Source: Methanocaldococcus jannaschii DSM 2661
GTDB taxonomy: Archaea; AGJL01; Methanococci; Methanococcales; Methanocaldococcaceae
Assembly (NCBI RefSeq): GCF_000091665.1
Contig: NC_001732.1
Span: 22,128-54,127 of the forward strand
Reading direction: 5' to 3'
DNA length: 32,000 nucleotides
A program made the position numbers and the translations under genes. Each line of letters starts with the position of its first letter. Position 1 is the stretch's first letter. Below the pieces are notes generated by a model. The model searched no databases. It had not been told where the DNA came from and saw only the letters and a program-made list of their open reading frames with translations. This document shows, one piece after another, positions 8,441 to 16,225 of this stretch.

Positions 8441-8929
8441 CTAAAGCTTCTCCAAATCCAATGGAACATATTTTACAATATAAGCCTTATTTACAATAAC
8501 AACATCTCCCTTTCCAACATCAACCAAGACAGTATAAGGGTCCTTACAACAGCATTTGCCCTCCAACACTTCACCATTAGCCAAATGCAACCTAACCTTA
8601 TGATTATGGCAAAAGAATAAAACATAATCTTTTCTCTCTTGAGTACTAACACACGTTTCCCTAACCCTCTTTGGCTGCTTTTTACCTTTGCCCTGTTTTT
8701 TCTGGCCAGTTTGTTTTTTACCATTATTTTTAGATTTTTGACTTTCCAACTTTTTAAGCTCTTTTTCAATCTCTTCTAAATGCTTACTTTTAACGTGTTT
8801 CCTAACAACCTTAGCATCAGCATTAGTATAATCACAAAAAGGACATTTATAAAAACCAATATCATTCTTTTGAAGCTCTAACTTCTCAACATACTCATCA
8901 ACATTCACAATCTCACCTAGAATATCCAA
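8441..8929 (-). CDS. C2H2 zinc-finger / Lys-rich linker / Sm(Hfq)-like domain fusion protein
   Basis: 162-aa ORF with no in-frame ATG. The start is TTG 8929 or GTG 8908 (the latter preceded by GGTGAG). The N-terminal 'YKCPFCDYTNADAKVVRKHVKSKH' has C-x2-C...H-x4-H spacing. The linker is basic: 'KSKNNGKKQTGQKKQGKGKKQPKR'. The C-terminal 'KVRLHLANGEVLEGKCCCKDPYTVLVDVGKGDVVIVNKAYIVKYV' follows the Sm1/Sm2 pattern of Hfq/Sm proteins (h-x-h-x-L-x-N-G-x-x-L-x-G ... D-x-[FY]-x-h-L-h ... h-x-K-x-A-[IY]). Confidence 0.65.
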   Translation of the reverse strand: MDILGEIVNVDEYVEKLELQKNDIGFYKCPFCDYTNADAKVVRKHVKSKHLEEIEKELKKLESQKSKNNGKKQTGQKKQGKGKKQPKRVRETCVSTQERKDYVLFFCHNHKVRLHLANGEVLEGKCCCKDPYTVLVDVGKGDVVIVNKAYIVKYVPLDLEKL

Positions 8930-9403
8930 AATTTGAAAAATAGCAAAATGTCAAATGCAATGTATTCCCCCATACTATCAATATGTAAAGTAATCCATAT
9001 TTAAAACTATCCTAAGCCTAGTAACAAACACAAAGAATGCAAATAAAAAGAAAAGATGAAAAATGTGACATTTAGCACATTAAATGCCATTGTTATAAAA
9101 TAAACAAAGACAAAACTTTCCTCCCTAGCAATTTTGAGTTAAGAGAGACAACCAACCTGCAGCAATTTTTGAGAATTTTAGTAAAGGGAATTATCCCTTA
9201 CATAATACACGCAAAAAGTGCAATCTTGTTGCGGAAATTCATTCTTACTTTTAAATTTATTATCTATTTGTTTGCATAAGATTTAAATGTATTGTTATAT
9301 CTATTAATTTTTGCTAATGTTTATTAATAAAATATTTAAATATATTGATTAATATTATAAAACTCTTAAAATTCATCATCACTTTTTTGTATTGTTGTTT
9401 TAA

Positions 9404-12400
9404 TTAGGTAATCCGCAGCAATCCAGGTTTTGGCTCGTATATTACCCCCAACTTTTTCAACTTTTCTAATGCTTTATAGAATACTTCTTCAACAAACTTC
9501 AATTTTTCAACAATTAGTTCATATAATTCCATTTCTAATATTTCCCCTCCATTTTCTTCAATTTTCTTTTCAATAACTTTTTCACACTTTTCAACACTGT
9601 TAGAGTTAATATTTTGTTTTATAATCTCATATAGCGTTTTAAACTCTTTGTTAAGTTCTTTTATTTCAACTACTGCATTTTCCCCCAGTTTTTTTACTCC
9701 TCTAATTACACAATTAAATATTGCTCTTATCAATCTTCTAACTTCATCCAAGGTTAGAGTGAATCCACATTCTTCTTTTATAACCTCTATTAATTCTCTA
9801 ATTTTGAATTTTTGTCTTTCAATGGCAAAATCTCTAACTTTTATTAACACTTTTGCAACTAATGACCTTAACCCTAACTTTCTCCTATCTAATCTCTCAT
9901 CATCTTCTCCTACTACAATATTCCATACTGCTCTTATAATCCTTTGAATCTTACCCCATTTTGATGGAGGGCATAAGAATGTTTTTAGAATTAGCTCTTC
10001 TATAATTCTTGCCAATGTTGAGAGTTTATCCTTATGTTCCTCTAACAATTTCAAATCAATATGGTAAATTTTCTTTGTTTTTCTATCTTCATTTTCATTA
10101 ATTTCTTTAACAATTTTCTTATACTCGTTAATTTCTTCTAAGCATTTTTTAATAGTATTTTCATCTAAGTTCGATTTTTTATCATCATCTTTTCCTTTAT
10201 TCAACATTAGGTTATACACTTCTATAACTTCTGGAATATTATAAACATCTTTTAACACGTTTATACTCCTGTTAATCCTTTTTGAGTGTTTTTTTATTAA
10301 TTGTGGAGTGTATTCATCCCTACAATCTTTAAATTTCTTATAATTATTATATTCCAAGGCATTTTTGATTTCATTCACTCCATATTCTTTAAATGCAATA
10401 ATTATATGTTTTGCACTAACTTTTTCAAGATATTCGAGATAATTATATTTTAAGAACTTATCCAGCTTACTTTCTTTTAACTCTTTTATTGTTTTAATTG
10501 CAAACTCATAGCCAGTAGTTTTTTCTAAATACTCTTTTAGTAATTTATAATCTCTTGTAATATGGGCCTCTAATAGACTATTATAAATGTGTGCTATTTC
10601 ATCTTCATCTAAAACCCAATCCTTCTTTTCCTCATCATAATATATTGCATTTTGAATTTGAGAAATCAACACTTTCTTATAATTTTTATCCAATTCTTTT
10701 AAAACTTCAATATCCGTTTCTAAATACTCTTTTAATAGTTTATAATTTTCCTTAAACATTTCAATCATTGCATTATAATCAATAATCATTGGCTCTTCTT
10801 CTCTTTCTTTAAAAGGTGCTGTGACAATTAACTCTCCCCCACCATTCCTACATCTGGCAATAAACTGTCTAATGGTGGTAGCACTCTTACAATACAATGC
10901 CCATACCAAATCAACATGATTTTTAATATTAACTCCCTCAGAAATGACTCTTGTGGCTAAAATTAACCCCTCTTCTGGTACTTTTTCTTCATTAATAATC
11001 ATTTTACTTGCCTTGTCAATTCCAACAGTCTCTCTTGTTATAACGTAAATTGGCTTGTTAAAACCATACAATTCTAAAGTATATTTTATATTCTCAATCA
11101 TTTTCTTATTATCAACTAAAACTACAGCATTTTTTATCCATCCCTGTCTAAACATTAGTAGGATGTATTCACAAAACTCTCCAATAATATTTTTTGCAAT
11201 ATGGATAGAACATCTTTCAAATAATTTTTTCTCATCTTTAAATTCCACTTCTATAACTGGATAGTTATTCAAATTAATTAACTCTGGAGTTGCAGTTAGT
11301 AAGACACAACCTCCAGCCCTGTCTATACACTTTTTTACCCCTGTTATTGCCCTTTTTCTAAACTCTTTTTGGATTACTAAATCATGTGCTTCATCTATTG
11401 CCAATAGAATATCCTCTTCATTAGCAACTTGAATTTTCTCCCCTTTATAAGTGTCATAACATAAATCATTAAGCATATTTTCAACTTGGTCGTAGGTCCC
11501 AATGGTCAAATAATGAATAGTATTCTTATCCAATTTTTTCCCATCTTCATAATACATTGGAACTACTACTCCATCAGCGTGTAATCCTGCCCCTACTTGT
11601 AAAACTTGTATTTTATATGGGAATGCCACTGCTATAGCATGTTTTTTAAATACCTCTTTAATTTCTCTTGTATTTCTTGTTAGAGTATAAGTTTTCCCCC
11701 TTCCAGTGTCTGCTTTAAGAAATACTGGAACTCCTTGTTCAATAGATAATTGGTATGCTTTTATTATAGCCTCTTTTGGTAAGTATCCTTCTGCTTCTAT
11801 CTTTATTGTTTCTCTATCGAGTAGTTCATTCATTATCTCTCTAACAGTCCTATAAGTGGATGGCTTTGGATTAATATTGTGTAATTTTAAAAATTCTATT
11901 ATTTTATCCCTAAATTCTTTAATCATCCATAATCCTGCTAATGCAATAAATCTCATATTTGGATCGTGGAAATCTACCATTACTGCATTATATCCCTCAT
12001 TAATGTAAATAGAACAGTCAGGATTTTTCCCATCATCAAAGAATAAACTCCATAAGTCTAATCTGGTTCCATTTTTACCATATTTATAATCAATTCCCAA
12101 GTAGGAGAGGAGTTTTTCAATCCATCTTTTACCCAATTTTTTAGTTAATTTATCTTGTATAGTATATAACCATTTGTAAATTCTTTTATTTATATCTTGC
12201 AATATAGTTTTATTAAGATTTGGTTTTTTTATTAATCTATTAATTGTTGTGGTAATGTTGTTTAATCCTCGCTTATTGTATAATTCTTCTCTTTTTTCAT
12301 TGAATAATACTTCAAATTCTTTATAATTTTCAATAATTCCAAACTTCTCATACAATATTATTGGAGTTAACAATTTTTCAATATCTTCTTCATCTGTCAA

Positions 12401-13222
12401 CTGGGCTATTGTAACACATGGTCTTGGACTACCATATTTTTCCTTATAATTGTAAGTTCCTACCAGCCTATCAACTCTTGCCAAATCATACATTGCAATA
12501 TCTGCCCCTAAATCTTCAGCAATCATTCTTAGTAGTATTAATTCTTCTTCTAAAATAGGTCTTTCAGGATATAATATGAATCTTAATCCTCCCCCAGTAA
12601 ATGCCACTTTATGTGGAAGTATATCCTTCTCTACGAATTTTGATAAATATTTAATCAATTTTTCCATAATTTCTTCTTCTGTAGGCATTTTGTTTGTCTT
12701 CCACTCTTCAACGTCAAAATCAAATGCAATATAACTCCAAGCAGTGGCAGCTCCCGCATCCCCTCTTTTTTCCTTTCTTGGGGCAATTCCGACATAAACC
12801 CCATCTAATCTTCTTTTCTTTTGTTTTTTAATATACTCATACTGTTTTTTTATTAATTTTATGATTTCTTCAGTTTTTTCTAAAATATTATCAACGTGTA
12901 AATCTGAAATATCTATGAAAAATTGTTTTTTACCCTTAAATTTTCCTAAAAATCTAATTTCTAAATACTTAAACTGTTTTACTAATTTTTTCAAAATTTT
13001 TTCTAAATGAGTTTCTCCAAGATATACTGAAAATTCTTCTTTATGTTTGACAATCAAAAATAGCAACTGTGCAATGTGTAATTTTAAATCAGATTCTAAA
13101 ATATCATCTGAGATATTGTAAATTCCACTAACATTTATTTGATACTTATCAAAAATAGCTTTTACAGTTTGATCATCCCAATACCGCAAACTTTTTATAC
13201 TATTAGATAGTATATTATTCAT
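9404..13222 (-). CDS. Replication protein: N-terminal archaeo-eukaryotic primase (prim-pol-like) domain fused to an SF2 DEAH helicase, with a C-terminal winged-helix-like tail
   Basis: 1272 aa with an AGGTGA RBS 7 nt before ATG 13222. AEP motifs: 'YIAFDFDVEEW' (DxD, aa ~165-174), 'VAFTGGGLRFILY' (sGxG, aa ~206-218) and 'RVDRLVGTYNYK' (R-h-x-G-T-x-N-x-K, aa ~249-260). Helicase motifs: I 'KADTGRGKTYT' (~504-513), II 'LLAIDEAHDL' (~606-615), III 'LLTATP', V 'ATRVISEGVNI' and VI 'QFIARCRNGGG'. The C-terminus 'ALEKLKKLGVIYEPKPGLLRIT' looks like a wHTH wing. Confidence 0.8.
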   Translation of the reverse strand: MNNILSNSIKSLRYWDDQTVKAIFDKYQINVSGIYNISDDILESDLKLHIAQLLFLIVKHKEEFSVYLGETHLEKILKKLVKQFKYLEIRFLGKFKGKKQFFIDISDLHVDNILEKTEEIIKLIKKQYEYIKKQKKRRLDGVYVGIAPRKEKRGDAGAATAWSYIAFDFDVEEWKTNKMPTEEEIMEKLIKYLSKFVEKDILPHKVAFTGGGLRFILYPERPILEEELILLRMIAEDLGADIAMYDLARVDRLVGTYNYKEKYGSPRPCVTIAQLTDEEDIEKLLTPIILYEKFGIIENYKEFEVLFNEKREELYNKRGLNNITTTINRLIKKPNLNKTILQDINKRIYKWLYTIQDKLTKKLGKRWIEKLLSYLGIDYKYGKNGTRLDLWSLFFDDGKNPDCSIYINEGYNAVMVDFHDPNMRFIALAGLWMIKEFRDKIIEFLKLHNINPKPSTYRTVREIMNELLDRETIKIEAEGYLPKEAIIKAYQLSIEQGVPVFLKADTGRGKTYTLTRNTREIKEVFKKHAIAVAFPYKIQVLQVGAGLHADGVVVPMYYEDGKKLDKNTIHYLTIGTYDQVENMLNDLCYDTYKGEKIQVANEEDILLAIDEAHDLVIQKEFRKRAITGVKKCIDRAGGCVLLTATPELINLNNYPVIEVEFKDEKKLFERCSIHIAKNIIGEFCEYILLMFRQGWIKNAVVLVDNKKMIENIKYTLELYGFNKPIYVITRETVGIDKASKMIINEEKVPEEGLILATRVISEGVNIKNHVDLVWALYCKSATTIRQFIARCRNGGGELIVTAPFKEREEEPMIIDYNAMIEMFKENYKLLKEYLETDIEVLKELDKNYKKVLISQIQNAIYYDEEKKDWVLDEDEIAHIYNSLLEAHITRDYKLLKEYLEKTTGYEFAIKTIKELKESKLDKFLKYNYLEYLEKVSAKHIIIAFKEYGVNEIKNALEYNNYKKFKDCRDEYTPQLIKKHSKRINRSINVLKDVYNIPEVIEVYNLMLNKGKDDDKKSNLDENTIKKCLEEINEYKKIVKEINENEDRKTKKIYHIDLKLLEEHKDKLSTLARIIEELILKTFLCPPSKWGKIQRIIRAVWNIVVGEDDERLDRRKLGLRSLVAKVLIKVRDFAIERQKFKIRELIEVIKEECGFTLTLDEVRRLIRAIFNCVIRGVKKLGENAVVEIKELNKEFKTLYEIIKQNINSNSVEKCEKVIEKKIEENGGEILEMELYELIVEKLKFVEEVFYKALEKLKKLGVIYEPKPGLLRIT

Positions 13223-13265
13223 TGGTCACTCACCTTACTGTGGGTAGTATATATTCATTGGTCAC
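13208..13265. repeat. 21-22-nt direct repeat spanning the rep gene start codon and its upstream region
   Basis: TAGTATATTATTCATTGGTCAC (13208-13229, which contains start codon 13220-13222) is repeated as TAGTATATATTCATTGGTCAC (13245-13265). A third partial copy, 'cttggtcat', is at ~13270. Confidence 0.75.
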
Positions 13266-13434
13266 ATCTCTTGGTCATACACCTCGACCATGCCTACACT
13301 AAATACTCCCTAATGTTGCAATACCTTAACATATAATGCAATACAATACTGAGCTCTTTTGATACAATCTATGTAATTTAAAGAGTATAAGAAACATTTT
13401 CAGGGGGCGACCATTTCTATATTATTTTTTGAAG

Positions 13435-13604
13435 TATATAAACTTTTAGTTATTTTTTGAATTTGTATATTTGGATTTATATCATATAACTTTTTCTGAA
13501 AATTTTTCCTGACATATCTATTAGGTAGTTAGTATATATATATTTTTCGGATTTTTGCATGTTTTTACACTTTATCTTCTAATTTTATAACTAAAAGTTT
13601 ATAT
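13435..13604. repeat. 18-bp inverted repeat pair flanking a ~130-bp AT-rich spacer (replication-origin candidate)
   Basis: TATATAAACTTTTAGTTAT (13435-13453) is matched by ATAACTAAAAGTTTATAT (13587-13604), which is the reverse complement over 18 nt. It lies in the ~860-bp ORF-free region immediately upstream of the primase-helicase gene. Confidence 0.5.
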
Positions 13605-13982
13605 TTTTCAAATAAAAAGGTTTATATACTATGAAATCATAGTATTGCTTGATTACAAAATTATTTTTTTGATAATAATGCCTATTTTTTCTTAATTCGT
13701 TGTGTGGTTGATAAAATTGTTAGCAGCATTTATGTTTTATATTTTAAAAAGAAAAGCATTAAATCTACATTTATTGTTATTATCTTATTTTTTGTGTCTT
13801 TTTTATCTTCTGTAAACTCTTATAAATCTCTTATATAGTATTATAATTATTCTATAAAAATATGTGGATTAAGTTGGGTAAGAAAAATGTGCGAAATAGG
13901 GGCTAAAATAATATTAAAACATTAATGTCTTTTGTCTAGTGTTACATTTTTAGTTACGTCTTTAACCACTTTTATTAGTACA

Positions 13983-14008
13983 GTGAATTGGCGTTGAATT
14001 CAATTTAC
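13983..14008. repeat. Palindromic element, degenerate copy
   Basis: GTGAATTGGCGT-TG-AATTCAATTTAC. It has the same ends and centre as the family consensus, with several arm substitutions. Confidence 0.55.
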
Positions 14009-14089
14009 AAAAGAGACATTCTATATATATAATTTACTTATAATTATATTCAAAAATAGTGTTATAATAAACAAATGGATAAAATGGGC

Positions 14090-14293
14090 TTATTTCTTTA
14101 AAGCTAATTTTATATCTTCAACTTTTACTGTTTTTCTCTTTGCGTGCTTAGCTAAATCAACTGCTTCCTTAGCAATTTCTAATGCAATTTCTTCAAATGC
14201 CTCTGCTAAGTATTCTGCTGCAGCCCTACTAACTCTTTCAGCTCCAACTTTTTTCAAGATTCTCTCAAATGGTGCAACTGGAAGCTCAGTCAC
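14090..14293 (-). CDS. Archaeal histone (HMf/HMt family, single histone fold)
   Basis: 67 aa: '[66 protein letters not shown]'. This is the canonical archaeal histone pattern (ELP-h-AP...RVS..A......E......A...A.HA.RKTV...DI.LA). It has a GTG start with GAGG 7 nt upstream. Confidence 0.95.
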
Positions 14294-14305
14294 AACACTA
14301 CCTCT

Positions 14306-14329
14306 TTGTATATGTAGAGTGTAGAAGCT
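14306..14329. repeat. Conserved 24-nt box, copy 1 (abuts the histone RBS)
   Basis: TTGTATATGTAGAGTGTAGAAGCT compared with TTGTGTATGTAGAGTGCAGAAACT at 19614-19637. Both are in the same orientation and 21/24 positions are identical. Confidence 0.75.
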
Positions 14330-14410
14330 CTAATAACCTACAAAGTGGGAGTTCAAATTTGCTAAACTTTAAGCTCCCTTAATGGAAACTCGAAACTAAA
14401 ATAAGTAAAA

Positions 14411-14505
14411 CCATAATACAATAATACAATCATTCAATAATATCATAAAATCATAATTTAGTAATGCAATAATCCAATAACTCCACAATAACATAATAAA
14501 ATAAC
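14411..14505. repeat. Array of degenerate ~8-bp units (CAATAATA)
   Basis: Units start at 14412, 14419, 14427, 14435, 14444 and 14452: 'CATAATA|CAATAATA|CAATCATT|CAATAATAT|CATAAAAT|CATAATTT'. The array continues with 'gcaataat ccaataac .. cacaataa cataataa'. Confidence 0.7.
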
Positions 14506-14510
14506 TTTGA

Positions 14511-14533
14511 GTTTCCACTAAAAGAAATTCAAA
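14511..14533. repeat. 22-nt box TTTCCACTAAAAGAAATTCAAA, followed by GGTGGGG
   Basis: 14512-14533 is the exact reverse complement of 16469-16490 ('tttgaatttcttttagtggaaa'). Partial copies are at 5718-5734 ('ggtttcactaaaagaag') and 23033-23050 ('ccatttccactaaaataa'). Confidence 0.8.
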
Positions 14534-14556
14534 GGTGGGGTTAATAAATTTCTTAT

Positions 14557-14582
14557 ATGAATTGACTTCAAAGTCAATTCAC
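14557..14582. repeat. Palindromic element, copy 3
   Basis: ATGAATTGACTT-CA-AAGTCAATTCAC, with 11-bp perfect arms. The centre CA is the reverse complement of the TG centre in copies 2 and 6. Confidence 0.9.
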
Positions 14583-14640
14583 AAAAAAGAAATGTCACCC
14601 ATCACATCATAAACACATCCACCGACATACTAATCAAAAT

Positions 14641-14715
14641 TTAATTATTGAATTATTAAATTAAACAATAACATAATAACATAATTATTACATTATGTTA
14701 TTATTTAAAATAACC
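14641..14715. repeat. Short octamer-type array containing a 13-bp inverted repeat
   Basis: ATAATAACATAAT (14673-14685) and ATTATGTTATTAT (14692-14704) are reverse complements separated by 6 nt. They are embedded in 'aataacataataacataat' units. Confidence 0.6.
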
Positions 14716-14908
14716 ATAAAACTCCAGATAGTATTATTGGGTCCTCGTAAAAATATAGTCGTTCAATTGAACCATAATATTGCTAATATTGGTCATTCTA
14801 CTGAACCAATATATAAATGTTTTTTATCATTAGTTAGGGTTCAAATTGGCAACTTCACCTTATTTATATAGTATTTCATGAAAATGTAGTAATTTTCAAA
14901 CTACTATT

Positions 14909-14932
14909 TGAATTAACTTTAAAATCAGTTAA
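14909..14932. repeat. Palindromic element, degenerate copy
   Basis: TGAATTAACTT-TA-AAATCAGTTAA, with 4 substitutions relative to the 24-nt core consensus. Confidence 0.45.
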
Positions 14933-15020
14933 AAGAAATATTTTATTCTTAATCCTATTGAGGGAACTTTAAAACCACAAAGTTATTTGGTTTGGAATGC
15001 AATAAAAAGAGTACTGTAAA

Positions 15021-15482
15021 TTATTCTTTAATTATCTCAATAAAATCTACTTTTTCAAAGTCAGAATCAAAGGTAGCTAATTTATTTATCCTATAATATT
15101 TACAAGTGGCTATTATGATTGCATCGTTTGTTAAAAGGTTGTATTTTTTACCTATTTCAGGAGCTAATTTTAAAACTTCCCAATTTGTATCTAATATTTT
15201 TAAGTAGTTCATTTTAATCATTTTATCAATTTTTTCTCTAACTTCTTCATATACCCAAGAATATCTATTTAAATTCTTTTTTAAATCATAAACTCCTCTA
15301 ATTCCATCTTCTAATGCTATATGAAATGTCACTTTAAACATTGTTTCAGAAAAGACTATTGGATTTATGCATAACATAAAACCATCATTTATTAGTTTAG
15401 ATAATAATTTATGAGCTTTTTCATCTCCAATAAATAATCCAACCATGACTGAAGAATCAATAAAAACATTAGAAGGACTCAT
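15021..15482 (-). CDS. vapC: PIN-domain ribonuclease toxin (VapC-like)
   Basis: 153 aa with the PIN acidic residues in the expected order: 'VFIDSSVMV' (Asp), 'FSETMF' (Glu), 'LLTNDAIIIA' (Asp), 'ATFDSDF' (Asp). The ATG overlaps the upstream small gene by 14 nt. Confidence 0.85.
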   Translation of the reverse strand: MSPSNVFIDSSVMVGLFIGDEKAHKLLSKLINDGFMLCINPIVFSETMFKVTFHIALEDGIRGVYDLKKNLNRYSWVYEEVREKIDKMIKMNYLKILDTNWEVLKLAPEIGKKYNLLTNDAIIIATCKYYRINKLATFDSDFEKVDFIEIIKE

Positions 15483-15675
15483 AATATGCCTCTTTTAATT
15501 TTTTATAATCGATATCTTTACACTTTTTTATTATCATAGATTTTAAAAACTCTTCTACATCATCATTAACAATTTTAATTTTTAATCTCTTTTTACCCTT
15601 TATTTTTAATGGTTTTAATGGTTTTAAAACTCCATCTTCGTAAATAACTTCAATAATTTCTGACATATAAATCAC
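15469..15675 (-). CDS. Small antitoxin partner of the PIN toxin (AF2212/DUF104-like pattern)
   Basis: 'EVIYEDGVLKPLKPLKIKGKKRLKIKI' matches the 'Y-E-[DN]-G-V-L-K-P-L' signature of the small archaeal antitoxins that pair with PIN genes. The track start is GTG 15675. The ATG at 15666 follows GGTGAT plus 4 nt and is more likely (65 aa). Confidence 0.8.
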   Translation of the reverse strand: MIYMSEIIEVIYEDGVLKPLKPLKIKGKKRLKIKIVNDDVEEFLKSMIIKKCKDIDYKKLKEAYYESF

Positions 15676-15898
15676 CAGAGGCCTTTATTTTTCTATTTTT
15701 CTAAGGTAATATTTAAACCTTCTTTCGAAGTGTATATTATTGTTTTTTGAGAATTGAGAAAAGTTTAATTTGACAGTTTCTTAAATGATAGACAGAGAGT
15801 ATATGATAATTATATATTTAACTTTTTATTATTTTATACTCTTCGTTTATACTCCCTTATCTTGGTTTCTGAACGTGCAGCATTTTTAGGCTGCCACC

Positions 15899-15923
15899 TG
15901 AATTGACTTTAAAGTCAATGCAC
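15899..15923. repeat. Palindromic element, copy 4 (one arm mismatch)
   Basis: TGAATTGACTT-TA-AAGTCAATGCAC. It lies ~95 nt outside the left inverted repeat of the 7.2-kb segment. Confidence 0.8.
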
Positions 15924-16005
15924 TCTCTTTCTAACGATGAATATATAACATATAAACAGAGAAATAATACTACTAAAACATCTATATTTAAAGGTGGTGC
16001 TTACA

Positions 16006-16225
16006 TTTTTCTTATTTTTCTCCCCCTCCCTCTCGGGCTCTCCCCTCCCCCTCTTTTTAATTTTTCTATTTTAAAATTTAAATTAATATAATTATTAATT
16101 TGACAATTTGACAAGTTTTTTTATTTTTTATTATTGTTTTATTTTGATTGTATTTTTTGTTTTTGTTTGTTTTTATCCTATTTTTTTGCTTGTTTTGTTT
16201 TCTTTTGTTTTTTGTTTGATTGTAT
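16006..16225. repeat. Left copy of a ~200-bp inverted repeat (G/C-rich mirror core plus T-rich arm)
   Basis: The core CTCCCCCTCCCTCTCGGGCTCTCCCCTCCCCCTC (16020-16053) is the exact reverse complement of 23195-23228 (34/34). The inward-running T-rich part ('taatttgacaagttttt..attgttttattttgattgtattttttgttt..gttttgttt..ttgtttgatt') aligns with the reverse complement of 23045-23194, with small indels. Confidence 0.9.

Noticed and set aside
8491-8769. 92-aa ORF nested in another frame of the 162-aa ZnF-Sm gene
   Set aside because: It lies on the same strand but in an alternative frame, entirely inside a gene whose own frame carries clear ZnF and Sm-like motifs. Its basic, low-complexity translation is a by-product of the Lys-rich linker.
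9000-9403. Possible structured RNA or terminator in the 470-bp spacer between the rep gene end and the ZnF-Sm gene start (e.g. imperfect hairpin 'gtaaagggaattatcccttac' ~9181-9210; 'AATGTG-N8-CACATT' ~9062-9081)
   Set aside because: The stems are short and imperfect, there is no conserved second copy, and there is no flanking promoter or terminator context I can support. This is likely chance in AT-rich DNA.
9648-11264. Plus-strand ORFs 9648-9947 and 11055-11264, antisense to the primase-helicase gene
   Set aside because: These are shadow ORFs with Ser/Phe/Leu/Ile-rich translations and no motifs. The minus frame is continuous for 1272 codons and has many catalytic motifs.
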